Origin: Planctomycetota bacterium
Lineage (GTDB): Bacteria; Planctomycetota; Phycisphaerae; WQYP01
Reading direction: 5' to 3'
Length of the DNA stretch: 64,000 bases
NCBI GenBank assembly: GCA_021810145.1
Contig: JAJZJL010000001.1
Coordinates: 23,045 to 87,044 of the forward strand
The first letter of the stretch is position 1; every line of letters begins with the position of its first letter. A program made the translations under genes and the position numbers. The notes under the pieces were generated by a model, which was not told where the DNA came from, did no database searches, and saw nothing but the letters and a program-made list of their open reading frames with translations. Below, in pieces: positions 1 to 9,046 of this stretch.

Positions 1-120
1 CTCTTTCACCAGCCCCAGCAGGATATGCTCGGTGCCGATGTATTCGTGGTTAAATCTCTGGGCCTCCTGATTAGCCAGAGCCATGACCTTACGGGCGCGA
101 TCTGTAAAACGTTCGTACAT
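1..120 (-). CDS. clpC: ATP-dependent Clp protease ATP-binding subunit ClpC, N-terminal (Clp_N) fragment; 5' partial, gene continues beyond window start
   Basis: Reverse-complement of nt 1-120 translates [40 protein letters not shown], the canonical ClpC/ClpA N-domain opening; ATG at 118-120. Confidence 0.6.
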   Translation of the reverse strand, partial: MYERFTDRARKVMALANQEAQRFNHEYIGTEHILLGLVKE

Positions 121-626
121 ATATACTCCTGGGGAGCCATCCGCACCAACCGCGGAAATCTGCAACCCGGTGAATTCTACGGATAGCAGACCACTATAAT
201 CAAGTAACAGGGAGCACAAAACTCAAAAAAGCAGCGATTCACAACAATTATTATCGGCAAAATGCGAAATCAACGTGAGATTTCCCTGCTCTTGGGCCGA
301 AGGTTTTGCCTGCAACCGCCCGGATGCGTGCCGCTTTTCGCGAATCACATGATAAATGCTCCACGAAAGACCGCCGCCCCGCATCCCGATTGCGCTCGCC
401 GAATGCAATTGATGCCGCCCGCTTTTTTGTCCGCAAAACCTTCCGCGCCGCGTCCCGCCAATCAGGACATTGCAGCTTTGCTTTGACACGTACCCGGCCA
501 CACTTGCATGGCACGTCAAATGGTGGGATACTACTGAATTATCGCCACCGGGGGCAGAAGGCCACCGGGTACAGGCGAAGGTTTTAGATGTACTGGTTTT
601 TTGAAGGTAATCAAAGGAGCACATAA

Positions 627-899
627 GTGGCACATTCCCTCTCGGCCAAGAAACGAATTCGCCAGAACGCCAAACGTCGTTTGCGCAACCGCGATCGCAA
701 GAAATCCGTTCGCGTGGAAATCAAGAAAGTCACCGGCGCTTTGGCGAAGAAGGATGTGACCGAAAGCCAGACTGCCGTGAAACATGCCATCAAAATTCTC
801 GACCGCATGGCCTCACGAAAAACCCTGCATCCCAACACCGTGGCCCGCCGCAAAAGCAGCATGATGCGCAAGCTCAATGCGCTGAAAACCGGTAAATGA
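627..899 (+). CDS. rpsT: 30S ribosomal protein S20
   Basis: GTG start with AAAGGAG RBS 8 nt upstream; MAHSLSAKKRIRQNAKRRLRNR... matches the S20 family; stop overlaps the next ATG (ATGA). Confidence 0.9.
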   Translation: MAHSLSAKKRIRQNAKRRLRNRDRKKSVRVEIKKVTGALAKKDVTESQTAVKHAIKILDRMASRKTLHPNTVARRKSSMMRKLNALKTGK

Positions 900-1501
900 A
901 CAATGATCTTCCAGATCGGCTCATGGTCCCCGCAGTTCCGGGCCTGGAAGAAAGTTATGTTTCTCGCGCCGGATTAAAGCTCAGTGCGGCACTGCGCACG
1001 TTTGCTCTTGACGTTTCCAACCTTATCGCCGCCGACCTCGGAAGCAATGTTGGCGGGTTTGTTGATTGTCTGCTCCGCAGGGGTGCCGCCAAGGTATATT
1101 CCATTGACACCGCCTACGGTGTTCTGGCCTGGACGCTGCGTAAAGATCCGCGCGTTGTGGTCATGGAACGCCAGAATGCTCTGCACACTGAACTACCCGA
1201 GCGTGTAGACCTTGTCACCATTGACACCGGCTGGACAAAACAGATTACCATTCTCCCGGCCGCCCGAAAACTCCTGAAACCGACAGGCCTGATTGTTACG
1301 CTTATTAAGCCTCACTACGAATCAAAAATCGCCAAAACCCAACGCGGCGTGCTGACACCAGAACAATCGCGCACAGAATTAAGCCGTGTGATCAATGAAA
1401 TTCAACACTCCGGTTGGACCATTAAAGCCATTGTCCAAAGCCCGATTGTCGGACAAAGCGGCAATATGGAATTCCTGGCACTGCTTAACGCTGAGGATTA
1501 A
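896..1501 (+). CDS. tlyA: TlyA-family FtsJ-like rRNA 2'-O-methyltransferase, without the N-terminal S4 domain
   Basis: SRAGLKL...DLGSNVGGFVDCLLRRGAAKVYSIDTAYGVLAW...RVVVMERQN is the TlyA/FtsJ SAM-binding core. Confidence 0.7.
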   Translation: MNNDLPDRLMVPAVPGLEESYVSRAGLKLSAALRTFALDVSNLIAADLGSNVGGFVDCLLRRGAAKVYSIDTAYGVLAWTLRKDPRVVVMERQNALHTELPERVDLVTIDTGWTKQITILPAARKLLKPTGLIVTLIKPHYESKIAKTQRGVLTPEQSRTELSRVINEIQHSGWTIKAIVQSPIVGQSGNMEFLALLNAED

Positions 1502-1898
1502 GCTTTTCTGACCTGTTGATGCCAATGGCGTACAAGACTTCACACGCCGGTTCCTGGGCGCGGCGACGCCATCGCGGAAAGCCGGGGAAACCCATCAACA
1601 TGCTGATTCAGAAACGCGCAAAGCCGGTATGGACTCGCGGGCGGCATAATGCAATATTTTTCCGGGCTTTGTCACGTTCGATTCCATGTTATTGCAATTC
1701 GGTCAATCAGCGCTTGGACGCGGGTGTGCCATCGGCCAGTTGTACATAACAAATCAGCCAGGGGCGAATGTTGGCAAGGAACGCCGACGATCTGCACCAC
1801 AATCATGAGTCTGACCGGAAATACCGGCGCGAAAGGATGTGCAATTATTTACAGCGAGAAAGCGGATTATCCATGTTCTGCGGCAAAAATGGTTATCG

Positions 1899-3929
1899 TT
1901 AACCCGCACGCAGGGAGGCTTGGAATCGATCCGCCAGCAGCGTAAGAATCGATGCAACCTGCTGATCGACCTGTTGTGATCGCAAGGTGGATTCGGGATC
2001 ACGAAATACCAGACTCAGTGTTACGCTCTTCTTGCCTGATCCGACTTGCGCGTTGCGGAACGTGCCGACAAATTCAACCCCTTCCAGAAATGGCAGATCA
2101 ATGCCATTGATGGCTGCGGAAATATCCGCCCAGCGAACAGCGTTGGCCACCACAATCGATAAATCCCGCTGGATCGATGGAAAGCGCGGCAAGGCCGCCG
2201 CCCGGCGAACCGGGTTGAATGCGGCGATCAGTTTTTCCAGATCCAATTCCGCCGCCGCTGCTGCATGACGAAGATCATAAAATTTCATCACCTCCGGCGC
2301 AATGCTTCCCACGCAACCAATATCCGTCGGGGTCTGATTGATCAGCATCACGCAGCGGCCGGCAATGCCGGAAGAAAAGCCGGGGGCATCTTCGGGCTTG
2401 ATGACCAGACGCGCCGCGGGATTTAAGCGTTGCACCAATTCCCGCACGGTGCCCAGCACGAGTGATAATTCGTCGGCAATCAACGCAATACGGCGTTGTT
2501 CCGTCGGCACTTCAGCGCCTGCCGCTTCCTGCCAGAATACGCTGCAATATTCAAAAAGCATGGCATTGGCGGTGCCGTTATTCTGATTTAAAGCCCGTGC
2601 GCGCAGCAGCCCGGTCAATATCGATGGACGCAGGGCATTTTCCGCTTTGCGCACCAGTTCGCTTACCTGCACCGCAACGGCACCCTGCGGCAGAAATTGC
2701 CGCGCTTCGGCTTGATCCACAAAACTGTGCGTAATGGCTTGCGAAAATCCGCAGGCGCGCAGCGTACTTTCCATGGCACCAACGGCCGCAGCCCGGTTGT
2801 CCGCCGGAGGAACCCGATGCGAAATAATACTGCGCACCGGTACGCGGCCGTAGCCCCACAGCCGCACCACTTCCTCAATTAAATCAATTTCCCGGTAAAT
2901 ATCCGACCGGAAACTCGGCACCTGACAGGCAATCGCATCACCTTTGAGTTCCGGCGAAAATCCCAGCCGGCGGAGAATATCCAGCACATCATCCAGCGGC
3001 ACCTGCACGCCAAGAATAGTCTCAATGCGCCCGGGTCGCACCGAAACCGGAACAGGATCGGCTTTGATACTGCCTGCGGAAACACAGCCCGGTGCCACTT
3101 GCCCGCCCGCGACTTCCAGAATCAGTGCCGCGGCTCGGCACGATGCATATTCCGCCATGGCCGGATCAATGCCGCGTTCAAAACGGAATGAAGAATCGCT
3201 GAACAGCGTCAGCGCCCGGGCGGTGGAACGAATGGATAACGGGTTAAATCGTGCCGATTCAAGCACAATATCCACCGTGGATGACGTCACTTCGCTGGTT
3301 TGCCCCCCCATCACACCCGCAATGGCCAACGGGCCGACCGCATCACCGATGGTCAGCATGGTATCATTGAGTTTATAGCTGCGGCCATCAATGGCGGTGA
3401 TGGTTTCGCCATCGGCCGCGGTATCCACAAGAATACGCTGATCATTGATTTTCCGGGCATCAAAAGCGTGCAGCGGCTGACCGGTTTCCATAAGCACAAA
3501 ATTGGTGACATCAACCACATTGTTAACACTGCGCAAGCCGATGGATTCCAGGGCATCGCGCAACCATTGCGGAGACGGGCCGACTTTCACGTTGCGGATC
3601 ACACGGGCGGAATAATAGGAACACAAGTCCGGCACAAGAATTTTTACCGCCAGACCCGCCGGTTCACCGGATTCAACGAGCGTCACTTCCGGCATGGTGA
3701 ACGTGAGTTTGAACAAAGCGGCCAATTCCCGCGCCAGGCCGATGTGGCTGAAGCAATCCGTGCGGTTACTGGTAACTTCCACGTCCAGCACGTCCGTGCC
3801 GTTGGATTGATAAACATTCTCAACCACAAGCCCGGCGTGAATCAGAGCTTCTTGAGCGGCGGCGGCGGAGGGAACGGAATCAAGATATCGGGAAATCCAG
3901 TTCAGGGCAATTTTCATGAGCCATTCCAA
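1899..3929 (-). CDS. pheT: phenylalanine--tRNA ligase beta subunit
   Basis: 676-aa ORF opening MKIALNWISRYL with the B3/4, B5 and catalytic-like region typical of PheT. Confidence 0.85.
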   Translation of the reverse strand: MEWLMKIALNWISRYLDSVPSAAAAQEALIHAGLVVENVYQSNGTDVLDVEVTSNRTDCFSHIGLARELAALFKLTFTMPEVTLVESGEPAGLAVKILVPDLCSYYSARVIRNVKVGPSPQWLRDALESIGLRSVNNVVDVTNFVLMETGQPLHAFDARKINDQRILVDTAADGETITAIDGRSYKLNDTMLTIGDAVGPLAIAGVMGGQTSEVTSSTVDIVLESARFNPLSIRSTARALTLFSDSSFRFERGIDPAMAEYASCRAAALILEVAGGQVAPGCVSAGSIKADPVPVSVRPGRIETILGVQVPLDDVLDILRRLGFSPELKGDAIACQVPSFRSDIYREIDLIEEVVRLWGYGRVPVRSIISHRVPPADNRAAAVGAMESTLRACGFSQAITHSFVDQAEARQFLPQGAVAVQVSELVRKAENALRPSILTGLLRARALNQNNGTANAMLFEYCSVFWQEAAGAEVPTEQRRIALIADELSLVLGTVRELVQRLNPAARLVIKPEDAPGFSSGIAGRCVMLINQTPTDIGCVGSIAPEVMKFYDLRHAAAAAELDLEKLIAAFNPVRRAAALPRFPSIQRDLSIVVANAVRWADISAAINGIDLPFLEGVEFVGTFRNAQVGSGKKSVTLSLVFRDPESTLRSQQVDQQVASILTLLADRFQASLRAG

Positions 3930-3935
3930 GCATGG

Positions 3936-4463
3936 TTATGAGGACTGACGGGAAATGACCGGATAGTTTTCGCGTTCACCCAAACCGGTAACCGGATAAT
4001 CCTTGCGCAAAGGGTGCGACGTAAAGCTGTCCCAGGTGAGAATGCGGCGCAAATCCGGATGACCGGTAAACCGGATGCCGAACATATCAAAGGCTTCCCG
4101 TTCCAGCCATTCCGCACCGGCGTAAAGCGGAACCAGCGAAGGAATAATTAACTCAATTTCTTCAACAAATACGCGTACAATCAGCCGTGGCGTGCCTTTT
4201 TCCACACTGTTAAATACGTAAACCAGGCCAAAGCGGGGTTTATCCCAACCTGGGTAATTCAGATAATCCACGCAGGTGATATCCGCAAGCATGTCATAGC
4301 GCAGGTCCGGATCATCCCGCAAAAAGGTGATGACGTCGATAAATGCATCACGCGGAACGGAAATTTGCGTTTGTCCTCGAAAACTCGCGCCTTTCAGGCC
4401 CATATTGGGGAATTTTTCTTTCAGCCGGATAGCTGCCGGATGATCTATTGCCATAATTTTCAA
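3936..4463 (-). CDS. nuoC: NADH-quinone oxidoreductase subunit C (30 kDa subunit), stand-alone
   Basis: DITCVDYLNYP...RFGLVYVFNS...EAFDMFGIRFTGHPDLRRIL are NuoC signature blocks. Confidence 0.85.
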   Translation of the reverse strand: MKIMAIDHPAAIRLKEKFPNMGLKGASFRGQTQISVPRDAFIDVITFLRDDPDLRYDMLADITCVDYLNYPGWDKPRFGLVYVFNSVEKGTPRLIVRVFVEEIELIIPSLVPLYAGAEWLEREAFDMFGIRFTGHPDLRRILTWDSFTSHPLRKDYPVTGLGERENYPVISRQSS

Positions 4464-4759
4464 CTCCGTGAATTCCTGCGAACACTCACAAACCCCCGAG
4501 TATAGCGGCGTCCGGGCCGATTATCCATCATCCATCAACGAACAACGAGCAACGAGCAACGGCGCACGCGGTCACGATCCCCGCCCGGGACGGCGGGAAG
4601 GCGTAACGGTACGACTATCACGATCCCGCGCCATCCGTCGCACGCAACTGCGGGTGGAAACCCGCGGCCGTTTTCGCGAACGGGGTCACCGATAACATTC
4701 ACCCCGTAACCGCGGCCAACGGCGATTGCAGGCCTCCCCGATCCCCACCCACATTCAAC

Positions 4760-5590
4760 TCACATTCGGTACGCTTCCGCGGCTGTGCCGCCCATGATTC
4801 GATCCTGCTGCGCTGCGGAAAGCGGAGCGATAAAATCCTTGACCGCTTTTACCCACTGCTCATACGAGCACGCCAGAAGGCAAACCGGCCAATCGGTTCC
4901 AAACATGAGCCGTTGCGGGCCAAAGGCATGAAGAACCACATCCAGATAGGGCTTAATATCGGCAGGTGTCCAATGGGCGTGGTCCGCTTCGGTCACAACA
5001 CCGGAGAGCTTGCAGTACACATTGGCTCTCTGCGCCAGTTCGGCCATGTGCTTATCCCAGGGGGCAAGAATACGGCCCTTGATCCGCGGCTTGGCGATAT
5101 GATCGACCACAAATATCTGCTCCGGATGCCGATCCACAAACGCAAGGGTCTGGGGCAGGTGCTTTTCAAAAATCAGAATGTCGTACGCCAGGTTAAAGCG
5201 CCGCAATGTTTCAATGCCACGGTTAAAATCCGCGCGCAGCATATAGTTATCATCCGGTTCATCATGCAGCACATGGCGCAGAGCCTTGAGCTTCTTATAC
5301 GCGCTAAAGCGTTCAAGCTGGGCTTGAATATCCGGTGCGGTCAACGGCAACCAGCCGACAACGCCACGCATAAATTCATGCTGTTGCGCCAATTCCAGCA
5401 GCCATCGCGTTTCCTCAACTGATTGCCGGGCCTGCACGGTAACAACCCCATCAATGCCAGCGGCGGTAATGCGGGCATGCAGATCCGCGGGCATAAAATT
5501 TCTCCGCAGAGCCTCCATGCCGGCACCGATCCAGGCATATTCTTCCGGGCGGTATTGCCAGAAGTGGTGATGAGCATCAATTTTCAGCAT
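4760..5590 (-). CDS. amidohydrolase-2 (TIM-barrel metal-dependent hydrolase, PF04909-like)
   Basis: MLKIDAHHHFWQY N-terminus and overall TIM-barrel amidohydrolase pattern. Confidence 0.6.
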   Translation of the reverse strand: MLKIDAHHHFWQYRPEEYAWIGAGMEALRRNFMPADLHARITAAGIDGVVTVQARQSVEETRWLLELAQQHEFMRGVVGWLPLTAPDIQAQLERFSAYKKLKALRHVLHDEPDDNYMLRADFNRGIETLRRFNLAYDILIFEKHLPQTLAFVDRHPEQIFVVDHIAKPRIKGRILAPWDKHMAELAQRANVYCKLSGVVTEADHAHWTPADIKPYLDVVLHAFGPQRLMFGTDWPVCLLACSYEQWVKAVKDFIAPLSAAQQDRIMGGTAAEAYRM

Positions 5591-5616
5591 AAATCTCCAC
5601 AGAAGTGTTGGGCCAT

Positions 5617-6801
5617 TCAGGATGCATGCGTGGCCGCTGGTCCCAGAAAGGGTGTAAGCGGGGAAATATCGGGATGCGGGCGGGCACCTTGTTCAATAAG
5701 ATGTTCAACGGCAATTTTCGCCAGTGTCCGGGAAATGCGGTCCCACTGCGTTTTCGGATTATTCAAAAACCGATGATAATGCTGCAGCGACGCATAAAGT
5801 GTGCGATCACGCAAAATTCCCCACGGCAAGGCCGATCCGGCATCATGCAGTAATTTGGCCACAGCAAAATCCGCATGCGGGTTTACCGGCGCGGAAGCCA
5901 GAAGCTTTTGAATTTGCGCCGGTACGCTTTTCGGCCAGCGGCGGACAAGTTCCCGGCGCACCAGCGGCTCATTCTGAATAACCAGGGCATAGAGATAAAT
6001 CGGCGTTGCGGCGGAAACATCACCCTTGATAAGCAGATGATACTGCTGATCCAGATAATCCATCATCGCTACGCTCTGGCTGGTCAGAGCGCGGGTATTG
6101 CTGATCTGTGCCATCAGCACCGGATTGCGCCGCACGGGCAGTGTTTCTTCAATCACCAGCAGACGCACGGTGCGGGCGGCGGCGGCCACCTGGGCGCAGC
6201 GCAGAAGCCGGAGTGTCAGTTGCACATCGGCCCGTTCCGCCAGGGCGGCAAAGTGTTCGCGATCCTGGGGCGGGGTTGCCCCCAGATAAGCCAGAAGCTG
6301 GCTCATGGTCCAAATCGGGCCGAGTTCGACAATATTATCCGGTGAAGCCAGCGTCATATACTGGGCCAGCGCCCGCTGGGCCACCGGTGAACCGGCACGG
6401 GAGCGGTAGGTCAGGGCGAAGGCTTTAATATCCAGCAGGCGGGCAAGACCATGATGCGGGGTTTGTCTGGCCTTATCCAATAATACATTGGCCAGCGCGA
6501 TCTTATCGGAAAGCCGATGCCGCATGGCGGAAAGAATCTGCGGGGCGTATTTCTTTTCATAACGCCGCCAGTCATTGGCGGAATAAAGCGGCGGAAAGCG
6601 CCCGGGGGCGATCGATGGCACGCTCTGGTCGAGAGTTAGATCCGGCCACAGATTTGAAACGGGAATCGCCGGAGGCAATAGCGGATTATTCGCCAGCGAA
6701 TCACCGGAAGCGGGCATTGGAGCAGCGGCCGCAGAAACGGTTCCGGCCCAGCCGAGGCAGGCCAATATCACAAAAACGCCTACGCGAAAACAATATCTCA
6801 T
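5617..6801 (-). CDS. secreted hypothetical protein with signal peptide (MRYCFRVGVFVILACLGWAGTVSAAAAP); alternative upstream start at 6831
   Basis: Long ORF with hydrophobic N-terminal signal; no recognisable catalytic motif. Confidence 0.5.
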   Translation of the reverse strand: MRYCFRVGVFVILACLGWAGTVSAAAAPMPASGDSLANNPLLPPAIPVSNLWPDLTLDQSVPSIAPGRFPPLYSANDWRRYEKKYAPQILSAMRHRLSDKIALANVLLDKARQTPHHGLARLLDIKAFALTYRSRAGSPVAQRALAQYMTLASPDNIVELGPIWTMSQLLAYLGATPPQDREHFAALAERADVQLTLRLLRCAQVAAAARTVRLLVIEETLPVRRNPVLMAQISNTRALTSQSVAMMDYLDQQYHLLIKGDVSAATPIYLYALVIQNEPLVRRELVRRWPKSVPAQIQKLLASAPVNPHADFAVAKLLHDAGSALPWGILRDRTLYASLQHYHRFLNNPKTQWDRISRTLAKIAVEHLIEQGARPHPDISPLTPFLGPAATHAS

Positions 6802-6904
6802 AAAGTCCTGATATTCGCACCAGCCGGACAATTCCCTGTTATTATGCGATTGCCGCCACGGATAGCAAGCCGCGCGGAGAACGGGATGGTCAGTAGCGTC
6901 AATA

Positions 6905-6945
6905 TATTCAGTATTAGCAGTGTTAGCAGTATTATCAGTAGAGTC
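6905..6945. repeat. four or more copies of an imperfect 9-bp tandem repeat (cagtattag / cagtgttag / cagtattat / cagtagagt)
   Basis: Read directly from the sequence; lies in the divergent intergenic region between the secreted-protein gene and the small ORF/ART pair. Confidence 0.7.
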
Positions 6946-6984
6946 AGAGGCTGGGTTGAGACATGGATGTCGAAATCCCGATGG

Positions 6985-7037
6985 TTATGGGATCACGTGA
7001 TCGGGGAATCTGGAATACGGAATCTGGAATCTGGAAT
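6985..7037. repeat. palindrome TCCCGAT-N8-GATCACGTGATC-GGGGA followed by four copies of a 7-bp tandem repeat TGGAATC (one variant TGGAATAC)
   Basis: Read directly from the sequence at 6985-7037. Confidence 0.7.
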
Positions 7038-7098
7038 CGTGGTGCGCGGGCTTGGGCGCTGTATAATTCGCTTTGGAATTGTTATTCGGGAATGAGCC

Positions 7099-7251
7099 AT
7101 GACGGTTGATGAAATTGTTAAGCAGCACGTGAAAGCGTCGCAGAAGTATCGGAAGTCCATCAAGGGCTCGCCGGAGAAAGCCCGCAAATTTCTGATTAGC
7201 GCGGGCATTCTGGATAAAAACGGCAAACGACTGGCCAGGATTTACCGCTGA
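7099..7251 (+). CDS. small 50-aa protein (MTVDEIVKQHVKASQKYRKSIKGSPEKARKFLISAGILDKNGKRLARIYR), not in the supplied ORF track; candidate antitoxin or partner of the downstream ART
   Basis: ATG at 7099 preceded by an in-frame TGA; TGA stop at 7249-7251, only 3 nt before the ATG of the PARP-like gene (translational coupling); basic lysine-rich peptide. Confidence 0.4.
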   Translation: MTVDEIVKQHVKASQKYRKSIKGSPEKARKFLISAGILDKNGKRLARIYR

Positions 7252-7254
7252 ATC

Positions 7255-7845
7255 ATGCCGCCGACACTCCCCGCATTTGTTCTCGGTTACCACGGATGTG
7301 ATAAATCAGTGGCGGACGCCCTTCTTACTGGTGCAGCCAATCATCTACATTCAAGCCGCAACGAGTATGATTGGCTGGGCCACGGGATATATTTCTGGGA
7401 AGATAGTCCCCAGCGGGCGCTGGATTACGCCCGGCAGCAAATGTCGCGCGCGGGGAGCAAGTCTAATATCCGTGATCCTGCCGTCGTAGGAGCGGTAATC
7501 GATTTAGGGAATTGCCTAAATCTACTTGACGTACAATATATCCGGATTGTCCGCGCTGGCTTTATTGATCTACAAAGCTCGGTTCAAAACGCTGGCGGGG
7601 CCATGCCCGTTAACCGAACACCGGCGGGCAGCACTGAAAAATTACTCCGGGCCTTGGATTGTGCGGTCATTAACACCATTCATGCAAGGCGGGAGGAGGA
7701 CAAGCTTCAACCATTTGATTCCGTCCGCGCGGCGTTTATTGAGGGGAATCCGATCTACGAAGGCGGCGGCTTCTATGAAAAAACGCACATCCAAGTGTGC
7801 GTGCGCGACACTCAAAAGATCAGGGGCTATTTCCGGCCAATCTAG
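7255..7845 (+). CDS. PARP-like (diphtheria-toxin-type H-Y-[E] class) ADP-ribosyltransferase domain protein, 196 aa
   Basis: LGYHGCDKSVADALL...(33 aa)...GHGIYFWEDS aligns with the PARP/tankyrase HGS...GxGIYFA NAD-binding motifs at near-identical spacing; C-terminal FYEKTHIQVCV is a candidate third-motif strand. Confidence 0.55.
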   Translation: MPPTLPAFVLGYHGCDKSVADALLTGAANHLHSSRNEYDWLGHGIYFWEDSPQRALDYARQQMSRAGSKSNIRDPAVVGAVIDLGNCLNLLDVQYIRIVRAGFIDLQSSVQNAGGAMPVNRTPAGSTEKLLRALDCAVINTIHARREEDKLQPFDSVRAAFIEGNPIYEGGGFYEKTHIQVCVRDTQKIRGYFRPI

Positions 7846-8237
7846 GGTTCTCACTACTGCGTTCGGTACAACACGGGGGTGGCAAGCCATCTGGTTTACG
7901 CTTCCGAGAAAACTCGGGACAACGTAAACAATGCGTGACCCATCTCAAGTGAATCCGATCTGGTCGAAATCGCCAGAGCGACCCGTGTGTCGGCAGCACA
8001 TTCAGCAGTGGCAGGATTCTCAATCTATCGAGCACGCCCCGCGCGCCGGGATCTTGGGCGGTGGTGCGTGGCGCGATGCGCCGGAGCGATTGCGCAGCTA
8101 AACGCGTGCTGAGAGCTGCAGGTTGCTCGGTAACGAGAGCGCCTGGCAACGCGAGCATGGGGGCGCTCCTGGCCGACCGGTTCCATGCGGGAGCACCCGG
8201 TGAAATCGGCTTTCCGCCCCACCCCGCTTGTACCTTC

Positions 8238-8960
8238 TCAACGCTTGTGCTTGGCTATCGCGTCGTTGATCTTCAGCCAGAGGCCAGGATACTGCTCCAG
8301 ATTTTTCTCCGTTACATATTGGCTCCGCGGGGCATTCACAATCGGCGCGGGTTTTCTTCCCTTGGAGCCTTTTCCCGGCAGGCTCTTTAGCTCGGGCACC
8401 AACGATTGCCATTCCTCTCTTGATCGCAAAAGCAGCACAACGCAGTTCCTTTTGATTGCCTGCTCCACCAACCAGCCCGAGTAATCTTGCGAAGCGCAAA
8501 ACTTCTGGTCTGGATGCCCAGTGGACACGGCCGAGTGATACGGATGCCATTGGATGACGCAAACCGCTCTCGCCACGGCCTCGTTGCCGTGTTTTTCAGT
8601 TAAAGTCCTCAGCCGCCGGCTCCAATATTCTCCGCCGCAGGTTTTGCTGAACCGTGGATCAAGCAAATAAAATGGATACTTCGACGGCCGGTGCAACATG
8701 CTATCCTTGCAGGCTTTGCGGAATTTGTCGCTTTTGTAGTGAAACAGGTCGGGTTTCTGGAACCCGGGATTCAGGCTCAGAAGTATGACACTTGCGGTAA
8801 GCGGGTTTCCTACATACGGCACCGGCAAAATCTCATGGCGAATCGTTGAGGATTTTGCCCCACGCCGACGTAGCTTATCATTGAGCCTTTCAACAGCGTC
8901 CCAATCCTCTTTCAGCACGTACGGTTCTCTTGGGGGCAGGCCTTTCCAGGGATTATTCAT
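8238..8960 (-). CDS. hypothetical protein with uracil-DNA-glycosylase-superfamily-like motifs (MUG/SMUG-like VILLSLNPGF and WHPYHS); start taken at MNNPWKG
   Basis: ILPVPYVGNPLTASVILLSLNPGF resembles UDG motif 1 (hhhhG[IM]NPG) and VIQWHPYHSAV resembles motif 2 (HPSP); spacing about 100 aa. Confidence 0.4.
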   Translation of the reverse strand: MNNPWKGLPPREPYVLKEDWDAVERLNDKLRRRGAKSSTIRHEILPVPYVGNPLTASVILLSLNPGFQKPDLFHYKSDKFRKACKDSMLHRPSKYPFYLLDPRFSKTCGGEYWSRRLRTLTEKHGNEAVARAVCVIQWHPYHSAVSTGHPDQKFCASQDYSGWLVEQAIKRNCVVLLLRSREEWQSLVPELKSLPGKGSKGRKPAPIVNAPRSQYVTEKNLEQYPGLWLKINDAIAKHKR

Positions 8961-9046
8961 CGTTGGACTCCACAATCGTTTACCACATGACTTAAATAAA
9001 GTAGTGCAAGTCACTCTGGCAGTCAAATGATACGCGATCAGCTCGG

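Noticed and set aside
6985-7037. Possible CRISPR array (repeated short units)
   Set aside because: Units are 7-9 bp and contiguous without spacers; no cas genes are present, so these are simple tandem repeats.
6844-7095. 83-aa plus-strand ORF spanning the tandem-repeat region
   Set aside because: Its sequence is simply the translation of the 9-bp and 7-bp repeats (SISSVSSIIS...), so it is non-coding promoter DNA.
7526-8562. Alternative-frame or antisense ORFs (7526-7927, 7820-8158, 8061-8390, 8098-8562, 8185-8484) around the ART and UDG-like genes
   Set aside because: They overlap the better-supported reading frames and lack any motif; the 7846-8237 stretch is treated as intergenic.
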